Shown here: positions 25,520 through 38,800 of the stretch, piece by piece
How the letters are laid out: each line of letters begins with the position of its first letter
Position numbering within the stretch: position 1 is the first letter of the stretch
NCBI GenBank assembly: GCA_038087875.1
Contig: CM075989.1
Span: 17,300,001-17,364,000 of the forward strand
Source: Malacoraja senta
Taxonomy: Eukaryota
Direction of reading: 5' to 3'
DNA length: 64,000 nt
Position numbers and translations under genes: made by a program
Notes under the pieces: generated by a model
What the model saw: the letters and a program-made list of their open reading frames with translations, nothing else
What the model was told of the DNA's origin: nothing
The model's database searches: none

Positions 25520-25780
25520 GCATCCTGAGAGCCTGGTTGCCGGGCATTTCAATTAATGACTCTTCCCATTGCCACACCAACCTGTCAGCCTGTCCTACTG
25601 CCAGGGTGAGTATAAACACAAACTAGAGGAACAACACCTCTTACACCACCTGCATAATCTAAAACCCAATGGCATGAACATTGAATTCTCCAATTTCAGG
25701 TAACCAACACTGCCCCTGTCCCTTTCTCTCTCCTCCTATCTACCCTGGTCCTGTCCCACACCAGCTCACACCCACATGGC
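25520..25780 (+). mobile_element. Old PLE GIY-YIG C-terminal relic; apparent host of the long CR1 insertion (pyrimidine-rich UTR resumes at about 28780-28900)
   Basis: Encodes KLEEQHLLHHLHNLKPNGMNIEFSNFR*. Confidence 0.7.
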
Positions 25781-25783
25781 TCC

Positions 25784-28778
25784 TTGGCAATAGGTAACAA
25801 GGTGAAAAGTAAACGTGGCAGGCAGACAAATCCTGGGCAAAAATCAAAAAGGGCCACTTTTCAACATAATTGTATAAGGGGTAAGAGCGTTGTAAAAACA
25901 AGACTGAAGTCTTTGTGTCTCAATGCAAGGAGCATTTGTAATAAGGTGGATGAGTTGAATGTGCAGATAGCTATTATTGATTATGATATAGTTGGGATCA
26001 CGGAGACATGGCTCCAGGGTGACCAAGGCTGGGAGCTGAACATCCAGGGATATTCAATATTCAGGAGGGATAGAGAGAAAGGAAAAGGAGGTGGGTAGTG
26101 TTGCTTGTTAGAGAGGAGATTAACGGAAAGGAAGGACATTAGCTTGGAGGATGTGGAATCGGTATGGGTAGTGCTACGAAACACTAAGGGGCAGAAAACG
26201 CTGGGTGGGTGTTGTGTACAGGCCACCTAACAGTAGTAGTGAAGTTGGGGATGGCATCAAACAGGAAATTAGAAATGCGTGCAACAAAAGTAAAACAGTT
26301 ATAATGGGTGACTTCAATCTACATATAGATTGGGTGAATCAAATTGGCAGGGGTGCTGAGGAAGAGGATTTCTTGGAATGTATGCGGGATAGTTTTCTAA
26401 ACCAACATGTAGAGGAACCAACGAGAGAGCAGGCTATTCTAGACTGGGTATTGAGTAATGAGGAAGGGTTAGTTAGCAGTCTTGTTGTGCGTGGCCCCTT
26501 GGGCAAGAGTGACCATAATATGGTTGAGTTCTTCATTAGGATGGAGAGTGACATTGTTAATTCAGAAACAAGGGTTCTGAACTTAAAGAAAGGTAACTTT
26601 GAGGGTATGAAACGTGAATTGGCCAAGATTGACTGGCAATTGATTCTTAAAGGGTTGACGGTGGATATGCAATGGAAGGCATTTAAAGACTGCATGGATG
26701 AACTACAAAAATTGTTCATCCCAGTTTGGCAAAAGAATAAATCAGGGAAGGTAGTGCATCCGTGGATAACAGGGGAAATCAGGGATAGTATCAAAACAAA
26801 AGATGAAGCGTACAAATTAGCCAGAAAAAGCAGCCTACCAGAGGACTGGGAGAAATTCAGAGTCCAGCAGAGGAGGACAAAGGGCTTAATTAGGAAAGGG
26901 AAAATAGATTATGAAAGAAAACTGGCAGGGAACATAAAAACTGACTGCAAAAGTTTTATAGATATGCAAAGAGAAAGAGATTAGTTAAAACAAATGTAGG
27001 TCCCTTGCAGTCAAAAACAGGTGAATTGATCATGGGGAACAAGGACATGGCAGACCAATTGAATAACTACTTTGCTTCTGTCTTCACTAAGGAAGACATA
27101 AATAATCTGCCGGAAATAGCAGGGGACCGCGGGTCAAATGAGATAAAGGAACTGAGTGAAATCCAGGTTAGCCGGGAAGTGGTATTAGGTAAATTGAATG
27201 GATTAAAGGCCGATAAATCCCCAGGGCCAGATAGGCTGCATCCCAGAGTACTTAAGGAAGTAGCCCCAGAAGTAGTGGATGCATTAGTGATAATTTTTCA
27301 AAACTCCTTAGATTCTGGAGTAGTTCCTGAGGATTGGAGGGTAGCTAATGTAACCACTCTTTTTAAAAAGGGAGGGAGAGAGAAAACGGGGAATTACAGA
27401 CCAGTTAGTCTAACATCGGTAGTGGGGAAACTGCTAGAGTCAGTTATTAAAGATGGGATAGCAGCACATTTGGAAAGTGGTGAAATCATTGGACAAAGTA
27501 AGCATGGATTTACGAAAGGTAAATCATGTCTGACGAATCTTATAGAATTTTTCGAGGATGTAACTAGTAGAGTGGATAAGGGAGAACCAGTGGATGTGTT
27601 ATATCTGGACTTTCAGAAGGCTTTCGACAAGGTCCCACATAAGAGATTAGTATACAAACTTAAAGCACACGGTATTGGGTGTTCAGTATTGATGTGGATA
27701 GAGAACTGGCTGGCAAACAGGAAGCAAAGAGTAGGAGTAAACGGGTCCTTTTCAGAATGGCAGGCAGTGACTAGTGGGGTACCGCAAGGCTCAGTGCTGG
27801 GACCCCAGCTATTTTACAATATATATTAATGATTTGGACGATGGAATTGAATGCAACATCTCCAAGTTTGTGGATGACACGAAGCTGGGGGGCAGTGTTA
27901 GCTGTGAGGAGGATGCTAGGAGGCTGCAAGGTGACTTGGATAGGCTGGGTGAGTGGGCAAATGCATGGCAGATGCCGTATAATGTGGACAAATGTGAGGT
28001 GGCAAAAACAGGAAAGTAGACTATTATCTAAATGGTGGCCGATTAGGAAAAGGGGAGATGCAACGAGACCTGGGTGTCATGGTACACCAGTCATTGAAAG
28101 TAGGCATGCAGGTGCAGCAGGCAGTGAAGAAAGCGAATGGTATGTTAGCATTCATAGCAAAGGGATTTGAGTATAGGAGCAGGGAGGTTCTACTGCAGTT
28201 GTACAGGGTCTTGGTGAGACCACACCTGGAGTATTGCGTACAGTTTTGGTCTCCAAATCTGAGGAAAGACATTCTTGCCATAGAGGGAGTACAGAGAAGG
28301 TTCACCAGATTGATTACTGGGATGTCAGGACTTTCATATGAAGAAAGACTGGATAGACTCGGCTTGTACTCGCTAGAATTTAGAAGATTGAGGGGGGTTC
28401 TTATAGAAACTTACAAAGTTCTTAAGGGGTTGGACAGGCTAGATGCAGGAAGATTGTTCCCAATGTTGGGGAAGTCCAGGACAAGGGGTCACAGTCTAAG
28501 GATTAAGAGGAAATCCTTTAGGACCGAGATGAGAAAAACATTTTTCACACAGAGAGTGGTGAATCTCTGGAACTCTCTGCCACAGAAGGTAGTTGAGGCC
28601 AGTTCATTGGCTATATTTAAGAGAGAGTTAGATGTGGCCCTTGTGGCTAAAGGGATGTGGAGAGAAGGCAGGTACAGGATACTGAGTTGGATGATCAGCC
28701 ATGATCATATTGAATGGCAGTGCAGGCTCGAAGGGCCGAATGGCCTACTCCTGCACCTATTTTCTATGTTTCCATGTT
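25784..28778 (+). mobile_element. CR1-clade LINE, near-complete ORF2 (APE endonuclease plus RT) with several frameshifts; 5'-truncated
   Basis: APE motifs CLNARSI, DIVGITETWL, VYRPP, MGDFN, SDHN; RT motifs NYRPVSLTS, YLDFQKAFDKV, GVPQGSVLGP, FVDDTKL (27867-27887); 3' UTR gggccgaatggcctactcctgc..ttctatgtttccatgtt. Split over ORFs at 25784, 26205, 27005, 27774 and 28058. Confidence 0.96.
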
Positions 28779-29149
28779 ATCACCTTCCTCCTTTCTCCTC
28801 TCCCCACCTAGTACATCAGCCCATCAAACATACACACTGGATCCCCTTCCCCTCCTGACTGTTCAGCCCCCCAATCCCTCTCATCTAGTCTGCATCTGGT
28901 CTCACTAGTGAGGAGGAACTTCTTTAGTCAGAGGGTATTTAATCTATGGAACTCATTGCCACAGAGGGCTGTGGAGGCCAAGTCACAGATAGACAAATTC
29001 TTGTTTAGAACGGCTGTCAAGTGTTATGGGGAGAAGGCAGGAAAATGGGATTAGGAGGCAGAGATCAGCTATGATTGAATGGCAGGGTGGACTCAATGGG
29101 CCAAATGGCCTAATTCTACTCCTATAACTTGTGAAACTATGATGCAGAA

Positions 29150-29400
29150 GGAGCCACAGAGAAAACCAAATGCAATAGATGAGGTTGGTGGAGGTGCAGA
29201 TGAATCTCCACCTCACCTGGGAGGGCTATCTCGGTCCCTGAATGGAGGTAACAGGTGTTACACCTCTAATGGTTGCAGGGGGAAATGCCTAGGCAGGGGG
29301 ATGGATGGATGTACCAGGGAGTCATGGAGAGATTAGTCCCTGCAGAAAGTAGAAAGACTTGGAGAGGGGAAGATGTCACTCGTGTGTGATGGGATCATGT
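29150..29400 (-). mobile_element. Old PLE GIY-YIG fragment
   Basis: Minus strand RWRFICTSTNLIYCI matches FTCTSSNLIYCI of the PLE at 9942-11159. Confidence 0.65.
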
Positions 29401-29939
29401 TATTCTGTAGATGGCTCTGCAACAGAACACTATTTCGAGCCAAGATAGCTGTTTACAGAATTTCACAAAGAAAAGCAAAATATAATGAATAGAGTTCTTA
29501 AAATATTAGAAGAAGTGGAAAGCTCAATGAGATATGGGCCCAAAGTGTGGCACTACTACCCATTGAGCCGGCAAAATACGACAATGAATGCAAAAGTTTC
29601 TTGCCAACAACTAGAGTTGAATTGGGCAATGTATTCAATTGGTATTGGGCAAAGTTGTGCCCGGGTACTCTACTGAATAAACAGGAAGGCAAGCTAACAA
29701 TTCCTATGATAGACAAAATACTGGAATAACTCAGTGGGACAGGCAGCATCTCTGGAGAGAAGGAATGTGTGACGTTTCCCATTCCTTCTCTCCAGAGATG
29801 CTGCCTGTCCCGCTGAGTTACTCCAGCATTTTGAGTCTATCTTCGGTTTAAACTGCAGCATCTGAACACTAGCAATTCCTTTGATGGTTTAAAGCTTCTA
29901 AGGTGCATCTTCATGTTAAAAGCAGGAGGTTGTCTAGGA

Positions 29940-30210
29940 AGAATGACGTGAGCATTTTCTGGATGGTTGGAAGTTCAGCCCTTTGAAACATTCATCGCTG
30001 AGTTTTTTTGAACAGAGTTTAATCTTTAGATGTCATGATCTACCTGATGAGCTGGTCTTTGACAGCAGACCACAACTTTGCTTGTGGCAATTTAACTATC
30101 ATGTGAGAAGGAGCAATAACAAAAACACCTCAGTATTCCTCCTTTTATCCAACATCTAACAGACTGGCTGAGCAATCTGTCAGTCGTAAAAGGCACCTCA
30201 AAGAACCAAA
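29940..30210 (+). mobile_element. Highly decayed Gypsy/Ty3-type integrase core
   Basis: FSGWLEV (about 29956), FRCHDLPDELVFDSRPQL (30025-30078) and YPTSNRLAEQSV (30146-30181) parallel the rve motifs SKWPEV, FARHGLPEELVSDNGPQF and YHPASNGLAERAV in order and spacing. Confidence 0.55.
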
Positions 30211-31956
30211 TATGACAAGATTTTCTTTACAACAAATAAACATGGTTCAACAATCATCCTGGAAAAAAATATATAGACCTCTTCCACATAGTGCTCCAGA
30301 ATGCATGCCAGCAGTAAGCCTCAGTAAACAGCACTGAGTCTTGCACAGCCAAAACACACTGGCAGAGTGGTACAGAAAAATGGGCACCAGAAATGATGTT
30401 ACACATGAAATTTAGAGTCGGTAATTGTGTCTGAGGTTTGAATCCTTCTAGCAAAAGGGATGCAAATAAACAGGAATTTGAAACGGATGCTTGCGTTTCG
30501 GTTTCTAAATGTCTAGTGACAGATATGAAAGGTGCACATGAATGCAGCTGCCTGATCGACTGAGTTTTTCCAGCATCTTCTGCCTTTGTTTCAGAGTCTG
30601 GGCTTACTGCTACTGATTGGAGACAAGTGCCAATGTTTACATGCTATGAGATGGGGAAACTCAGGTTATGAAGACACCAAAATGAAGTACGCTAATCCAA
30701 GAGCTCATCGAATATGATATGGTGTGATTTGGGTGAGGTCATTGTGACTGAGTGAGTGAGACTGATGGAGAGGCAGATAGTAACAGGGTGCAGACAGGAG
30801 TTTGCACGTCTTTGAATCATGGAACAGACACAGAATGTGCTTAAAATCCACAGGCTGGAAATTGCAATCCTACTTTTGAAATGAGCTAAAACAGCAGGAA
30901 ATGACACAAAGACCACAGTTTGTAAAGATGCCATGTTGCATTGTTGCCTGGAATGATTCTGTGTTCGTACATAGGCAGAATTCTGCTCCAGTGCAGAGAG
31001 GATCTTGTAATAGGCAGAATTCTGCTCCAGTGCAGAGACCTTATAGCAGTGGCTCTATACACATTCCCAGCAGTGTCAGCGTGAATCCCTCAGTCAATGA
31101 GCTTCAGTTGGAAAACAACTGACTAAAGGTCTAATGAATGGACCCAACCTGAAATGTCACCCATCCATGTCCTCCAGAGATGCTTCTTGATCCACAGAGT
31201 TACTCCAGCACTTTGTGTTCTATGGCAAAAGTCCCATTTCTCCTCAATTTTCATTTCTAACAAACCCATCTGGACTGTTAGATTTACTGCTCTTTTTAAC
31301 ATGACAAACTATTTCCTGTACATTACTGAAGATGCAAAACCAGTGAACGGTGACATCTATCATGTAAGCAACGTCACTAAAGCTGCAAGGAACACTGATT
31401 GCCATTGATTAGTTGCTTCACTGCAAGCATACTGCGAGAGCGATACTTTTGTTGAAACCTTAACACATCTATTTGCAGCACTTCTGGGAAAGTAATTCAC
31501 TCGCATACTGTGTGAGGTAAGAATTTGCTTAGTTAACTTCACCATCTGGGTGTCATTTTAGATTTCCTCTGGCTAATAATTCTAACAGGAAGCAATTAAA
31601 ATTTCAGTAAATGAAGATCAACAGGAAATCTTCATGAGCACATTTTCAGAGATGAAGCAGACAGGGATTCGAGGAATCCCAGCCCCACATGGTTGAGATC
31701 AGGCCACCACGTGTAAGAACGTTTACCCAAACAGAGTCTTCAGCTGAGAATTCCCTTGCTCCTAATTTGCCACTGTTACAGCCAAAAGTGTGTCAGCAAC
31801 AGGAAGCACAGTCCAGATCCTCAGTCATAACATTACTTCTGGTGATAGCCAAGCATCCTTGGCAACATCAGCAAGCTTAAACAAAGTCCCAGCGACATTG
31901 TGGAGACTCCAGTCTGGAGGCAGACAAAGGGAGGTGTAATTAATATGGCAACTGTA

Positions 31957-32200
31957 GGGCAGCACAGTGGCACAGTGGCAGAGCTACAGCCACACAACGC
32001 CAAAGACCCGGGTTCAATCCCGACCATGGATGCTCTCTATGTAGCGTTTGTATGTTCCCACTTTGACCGTGTGGGGTTTCTCAAGGTGCTCAGATTTCCT
32101 CCCAGATCCCACAGATGTGCAGATTTGTAGGTTAATTGGCTTCTGTAAATTGCCCCTTGGTGTGTAGGATGTGAAACTGGGATAACATAGAACTAGTGTC
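31957..32200 (+). mobile_element. V-SINE, 3' end missing
   Basis: tRNA head with ggttcaatcc and V-domain. Confidence 0.8.
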
Positions 32201-33137
32201 TCATAGAGTCACACAGTGTGGAAACAGGCCCTTTGGCTCAACTTGCCCACAGTGACCAACGTACCCCATCTACACTAGTCCCACCCGACCTCATTTGGCC
32301 AATATATCCCTCTAAATCTCTCCTTTCCATGTACTTGTCGATCGTTGGTCTGCACATTGGAACTGAACCATTAACACCAAAAGGAATTTGGGGAGCCAAC
32401 AGAAGATCCAGTTTCTGCATTTTGCCTTCCTTTATGTGGAACAAAAGGGAACAGAGATGTTCCATTCACCTTAGACATGGCTGGCTAATGGGAAAGATTG
32501 GTGTAAATAGGTTCCATGCTCACTGGGGAGTTAGAACGTGCAGAATGCTACAGAGATTGGTCCTGGGACCTCAACCTCTTGCATGTTACATCAATGAAGT
32601 GGATGAAGGCACGAAAGGTTTCACAAAGACAGGGAGGAAAGTATGTTGTGACGTGAAGAGAGGGATGCCCCTCATGATCTTGTGCACCTCAGTAGGATCA
32701 TCCCTTAGCCTCCTACAATCCTAAGAGCTCTTCAAACAGCAGTTGAAGCAGTGTCTTTAAGTATTTTAAGGAGGAGTTAGATAGATATTTGTCATGTGAG
32801 GCCGTGAGAAGTTACAGCGAGTAGATGAGAATGGGAAGTCAAGATTACAGCGATGATCTTGTGGAACAATGGAACAGATTTGAGGAGTTGAATCTACACC
32901 AATTCCAATTCATATATTTGTATGCAAGCCCTGGACTGATGCATCTTGAAACAGTTGAATCATAGATGCAGCATTGGTCAGATTTCAGGCTGTGTGTAAT
33001 TACTGTCAAACAAGCAGCAGAAATATTTTATCAAACCACTAAAGGTTTCCAAGCCCGTCCACCCCACAAGTAGAGGGTATATTTAGTGTCCCTTTAGAAA
33101 ATGGTGAGCAATGTCCCTGTCGCAACGTAGCAGACTA

Positions 33138-33726
33138 AAGGCCGTGTCTTACCTGTTTGCGGTCATCGGCGGTGAAGCGCGGCGTCGCCGGTAGCGAGGA
33201 TCGCGCGGCAACGGCGAGAGCGTCGAGCCTATCCACCGGAGCGCCGCACGGATGTTGCGCGGGGGCCGAGTTAATTCAAACACGGCGGGTCCCACGTGCT
33301 TGCGGTAAGTAAAAAAAGGGCGGGCCGACTGCGATGACGTCGGCCCCCCGCACGTGACTCACCAGCGGCGGCTGTGGCGGCGGCCATCCTGATCGCGGCG
33401 CTGTAGCGGTGGCTGTGCCTGCGGCCGCGCAGCACACGTGCCTCACTGGCGGCGGCACGTGCGTCACTGGCAGAGGCTGTGGCAGAGGAGGTTTGACGCA
33501 CGGCGCTCGACCCACGCGAGCGGCCGTGCGCACTCGTGCATCACTGGTGGAGGTTGTGCGGTGAGTATAGTGTTTTCGACATTGTCGATTTTATTTTTGC
33601 ACCGCGCTGTGTTGGGAACACCGTCGCACGGCCCGGGAATTGTTCTTTCTCACGAGTGCGTGGTCTATGGCGGCAGATTCTTCCCGTTTCGCCGCCAATG
33701 ACCGCAGATTCGTGAGACAGACCTTT
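33138..33726. mobile_element. CpG-rich non-autonomous DNA transposon (MITE), PIF/Harbinger-like ends
   Basis: Imperfect ~38-bp terminal inverted repeats: left aaggccgtgtcttacctgtttgcggtcatcggcggtgaa, right (reverse complement) aaggtctgtctcacgaatctgcggtcattggcggcgaa. Sharp GC/CpG boundary at both ends. Confidence 0.7.
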
Positions 33727-34197
33727 TACGAGTTTTGAACACAAAACAATCAAAACATTCATATGAAAATCTGGAAACAACACGTAAAGAATTCTCAGGA
33801 CCAACAAAACAAAAAGGGCTCTCAAACTGCGCAGACCGAGAACAAGAGTGGGCATTCTGAGAGTGGAGACCTTGCCTTGGTATGGACTGCATACATAACC
33901 TTCACCACAGATTCAGCTATTTCCCACAACAATGATACAGCCCAAGTCTATTTCTCTTTGCAAAATGGTTGATTACACTACTGCTATCACAAGCAGATAG
34001 GCTGGCAGCTTGTTTATGTGTTGAGTATTAAGGAGACAACTCTCTCTGTTCAATTCATATTAGAACAAAGCTGTAATGTCGGGTGTAGGTCACATAGTAG
34101 CCTCCACATTCTGCAACCAGCATCACCCACCACAATGGCAAGGCAAGGGGCCTCACAATCTGCACACTGAGATCTATAGAGTTTGAGCTATAGGGAC

Positions 34198-34485
34198 CCA
34201 CCCCCAACAAAGCCTCTCCACTGACCCACCCAACAAACCCTCCCCCCTGACCCACCCCCAACAAACCCTCTCCACCGACCCACCCAACACATACCCTCTC
34301 CACAGACCACCTCAACAAACCCTCTACACTGACCCACCGAACACAAACCCTCTCCACCAACCACCCCCCCCCCCCACTGACACCGCAACATACCCTCTCC
34401 ATTGACCCCCCCCAACAAACCCCCTCCACTGACACTAACCCCGCCACTGACCCACCACGCAAACCTTTCCCTTGATCCACTCACA
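34198..34485. repeat. C-rich minisatellite, ~26-28 bp unit, about 10 copies
   Basis: ccctctccactgacccacccaacaaa variants in tandem. G-rich on the pre-mRNA strand. Confidence 0.9.
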
Positions 34486-34932
34486 CTCTTAAAAACAACA
34501 TTCTACATGTAACCTTGATTATTTTGCCAGTCTATGTCCCATTGGCTTTGACCCCTGCAGTCACAGCAGTTTCTCGCTATCTGTGCCCCTCATGATTTTA
34601 AATTCCTCCATCAGATCCCCTCACAAGGTCTCTGTTCCAGAGAGAACAAGGCCAGCTTATCCAGTCCATACACGTAACTAAAGCACCTCCTCCCTGGAAC
34701 TATTATCATAAATCTCTTCTGAACACTCTCCAAAGGGTTCAATTCTTCTTTAAAGTGTGAAACTACTACTTGGAGTCGAAGAGTGTAACCAAGATTCATG
34801 CATATTTAGCCCACATCCGGGCATTATTTTGGTTATGCATTGTCCATCATCTAAAATCTAATAAAGTAGTTGCTCCAGGAATTTTATGGAGCGTCTGATA
34901 AAGAAATATTAACTTCAAAATCTGAATGACCT

Positions 34933-35213
34933 ATCATCATCACCGTTGAAAACATCAACGGGCACGGTGCCTTACAATGCCGTGTACGACAGTGATCGCA
35001 ACTTCTACTGAAGTGTGGATGGCCGTTGGCTCGCTAGGAGCTCACCCTTTGACAGGTCTTGTTTTTGGCCCTGCTGGGGGTCCACAGCCCCCTCCTCACC
35101 TGGCAAACCGGGTGGGGGAGACGGTTTAGTTGCCGACTATCCAACTATGGAGTAGGTAGCACGGGATTACATGGTACCCGTGGCTGGGGGAACTCCCCCC
35201 CGACCTGACATCC
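34933..35213 (-). mobile_element. Short non-tRNA retroelement with (GAT)n tail, possibly RTE-dependent
   Basis: 8-bp TSD aatgacct (34925-34932 and 35214-35221). Minus strand ends ..ccgttgatgttttcaacgg-tgatgatgat. CpGs retained. Confidence 0.65.
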
Positions 35214-35544
35214 AATGACCTCTGCACAAAGGTTCCATACTACGTCGTGGCTCATATCTCCTGACATATGATTCAGTATTTTTTGCATGGACTAATGATT
35301 TATCACTGGCAGTGGCTGGGACAGATTACACTACATGTTAAGGTTGCGCCACAAATATGGTTGGACGATGTAAACAGATTCACCGCAGAAATGTTGCAAG
35401 TATCAGATATTGCTGAGCATCAGAGATCTCTTTCACGCAGCAGGAGGCTAATGACTGCAGCAGGATATACATTATGTCATTGAAGACTGTAACCGTTTAA
35501 CAAAAATTGCAAAACAAATCCAACAAATACAAAAAAGGTTTCGC

Positions 35545-35800
35545 TCGTGACTACGGATGGTTGTCTGTGCGTAGTTTGTACATTGTTCCCGTGATCTGCG
35601 TGGGTTTTCTCCGAGATCTTCAACTTCCTCCCACACTCCAAAAACGTACAGGTTTGTAGGTTAATTGGCTTGATGCAAATGTAAAAAAAATGTCCCTCGT
35701 GCGTTAAGGGTAGTGTTAATGTGCGGGGATCGCTGGTCGGTGCAGACTCGGTGGGCCGAAGGGCCTGTTTCCGCACTGTATCTCTAAACTAAGATAAACT
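35545..35800 (+). mobile_element. V-SINE, 5'-truncated
   Basis: V-domain plus complete tail. Confidence 0.85.
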
Positions 35801-38800
35801 AAACTTTTAGCGCTTGCATTAGAGTTCAGTATTAATACTTGAAGAACATGGAGGTGAACTTTCAATTCAGGAAGGATGGGGAGGGCAAGAGAAGGGTTTA
35901 CTGAATCAGACGGAGGGGAACTAGATCTGGTACAAGCAACCAAAATACGCAGTTTGCAAGTGGTGGAAACACGAGGTGCGTTTACAACTGGCAGCGCTTC
36001 AGTTCATGAGCAAGAACATCAAGTAAACAAATTTCATAAAAATTTAAAAACACACAAACACAGCTGGGAAAATTTAGCAGAAAACAGATTGCTGACTCTG
36101 CATCTTGGTGAAACATTTCATTTCAGTGTTGGCATGTTATTTTACAGCTGTATATAACTTTGGTTGGACCACATTGGTGTCCACTAAGTCGCAGAAGAGT
36201 CTCGACCCAAATCGTCAACCCTTTCCTGTTCTCCAGCCAAGTTACTCCAGCTTTTTGTGGAGGCTTTGGAGAGGGTGCAGAAATAGTTCACAAGCAAGTT
36301 GCCTGGATTAGAGAGTATTGGCCAATTCCAAATTGGTAGACAAACTTGGGCTGGAGTGTCAGAAGGTGAGAGGCAATCAGATAGAAGTATAATAAATTAT
36401 AAGAGGCCTAGATAGAGTAGACGGTCAGAATGTTCTTTCACTAAAGTGGCAATATCGAATTCTAGAGGATACCTTTAAGATGAGAGGGGTAAAGTTTAAA
36501 GGAGATGTGAGAGGCACGTTTCCATCTGGTCTTTGACTCCATTCAAAGCTGTGTAGAGGCTCACCATCTGTGCACTCTCCTCCCACTCTCGGTTCACAAA
36601 TGATTGGAGCTGAATTAGGCCATTCGGCGCATCATGTCGTCTCCACCATTCAATCATGGCTGATCTGTGTTTTCCTCTTAACCCCATTTCTCCCCCTAAA
36701 CACTGACACCCCTACTAATCAAACTACTCTTCGTCCTCGCCATTCCTTCCTTCACCATTCTCTAGTTTGACTTGGTCTCCAGCCCACCATTAGGTTGTTA
36801 CAGGTTAAGACAGGGTGCGTTGTCATCATTATTCAACATTCGCATTGGGTTTTATTTAGACATTGGAGGACTTTCCCCAATCACCACCCTCACTGCTGTC
36901 TCATTCTCAGCTTTCACATTAACGAGCTGCCCTAGCCACTCGCAACGCACTGCATCAAGTAGTGGGCAGTTTACTGTAAACTTGGCCATTCTGTATCAGA
37001 TTCCAAGTGTCTTAAAATAGCTTTATGACTGTAAAAAACTAAAAATGAATACATTGATTAAAGACAAATGGCGAAACAAGTCGCAGCAGGAACGTTCAGA
37101 CTGTGGTTAGCCACCGAGTGATGACATACTTTTATTCATCAGTCTGAAGGGTCCCGCCCCTTCACGGACACTGCCTGACCCGCTGAGTTTCTCCAGCGCT
37201 TTGCTTTGTACTCAAGATTGCGGCATCTGCAATCTCTTGCGCCTCCAGTGACGTGCACTTATTCAAACCAGACAAACAAACACAAGGGGCAGCAGCCCTT
37301 AAGAGTTGTAACTGTACACTTGAAATAAACTCCTACCAGCTCATTTCTCATGCTATGGGCAGCAGCTGTGTCAATTACATGAGCCTTGCAGGCAGGAGGC
37401 TGGTAATTGGAGCTATTCCTAAACCAAAAGAGCAGCAACATTATGGACTGCAATCTTCAAAGCTTCAGTCCAGCGTTGAGTCTTTTGAGGGATATTTTCA
37501 GACTCCCACTACCTGTGCCTGAGCAATTTCTCCTTAGAACTTTAAGCTAGACGGCATCAATAATCTGCGCTCGATGTTTGAGGAGACTTCATTTGGACCT
37601 GAAACATCACCCATTCCTTCTCTCCAGAGATGCTGCCTGACCCGCTGAGTTACTCCAGCTTTTTGTGTCTATCTTCATTGCAGTAGACTTTACGCGAGTG
37701 AGTTGGTGGATATCCCAGTCGTTATTCTTGGAGCATAATCGCAGCACATAAGGGGAGTTTGCCTGCTACAGGGTGGGAAACTGCAAGCTACTGCAGGATT
37801 TAATGGCATGTTAAATAACCAGGCACTTTGGAAGAGAGCCAGCGGGTTGTGTCGATGATGGGAGAGCAACAGGGTTCTGCCTGAATCACAATATGCAGAC
37901 ATGGGTATTTTGTACGGACCACACTGCCACACAGGCAGCCCAGTCAGACTCAAACACTCACACCTCATGGCCAGGGGCATTCCTCATAGTCCACGCAAAC
38001 GCAGCAGCCAAAATGATGGATGTTCATTCATTATGATTGTGCTGGTTGTGCACAGTCATTACCTCAACCTCTCCTCACATCCTGTGTTTTCCACAGGAAC
38101 AAACTGCTGGAGGAACTCAGTGGGTCAGGCAGCGTCTGGTGAGAGAATGGACAGGTAATGCTTTGGGTCTGGATCCTTCTTCAGACGAGGTCCCCACTCA
38201 AAATGATGCCTGTCCATTCCCTCCACAAATGCTGTCAGCACTGTGTTGTGCTCAAGATCCCAGCGTCTGTGGTTTATTGAGGCTCCTGTTCCTCTGGGTT
38301 TCGGGGGCTATTGTTTTGCCGTCATGTCTCCAAGCTATTCAATGGCAAACAGAATGAGCTGAAGGTTTGAGAATCATTTATCTGCTAAAAAGATTTGTGA
38401 ATAAGTTCGACACAAGTTGAGAAACAACTCATGTTCCACTGAGCACATTACAGCCTTTTAAAATCAAAATAGAGTTTGACAATTTCAAATAATCATTCTG
38501 TTCCTCTATACCCAATCCTTTGTCATCTCCATGCTCTCTTGCCTAGCACTGTCATTCAATCCTCCTGCTCCTCAGATCCCAACCAAACTACACAAATTTG
38601 AAATGCTCTTTGCACCCCAATGGTTACAGAATTGAGACACAAGATGCTGGAATCCTGAGCAAAACACACACAGGCATCTGTGGACAAAAATAATATTCAA
38701 GGACAAATCAAGGTCGCAGCAGCAATTCGAAAGGTTGTGAAGGGTCCCAACCCAAATCGTCTTCTGTCCATTTTGCTCCACAGTTGATGCCCGACTTCCA

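Noticed and set aside
25784..28778. Active or domesticated CR1
   Set aside because: Multiple frameshifts and stops, no ORF1 or 5' UTR; a dead copy.
30971..31038. 29-bp direct duplication ataggcagaattctgctccagtgcagaga
   Set aside because: Ordinary near-tandem slippage duplication; not counted with the kilobase-range templated insertions.
33271..33855. Ala/Arg-rich ORFs suggesting a nested gene (similar ORFs at 61669-62066 and 17981-18422)
   Set aside because: High GC lowers stop frequency; the ORFs lie largely within repeat boundaries and resemble no protein family I recognise.
35150..35180. Minus-strand catgtaatcccgtgctac resembling 7SL/Alu cctgtaatcccagctac
   Set aside because: Too short, and the flanks do not follow 7SL; treated as chance.
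36800..36845. RQGALSSLFNI resembling the RT motif RQGCVLSPLLFNI
   Set aside because: Single short motif with no neighbouring RT motifs; insufficient support.
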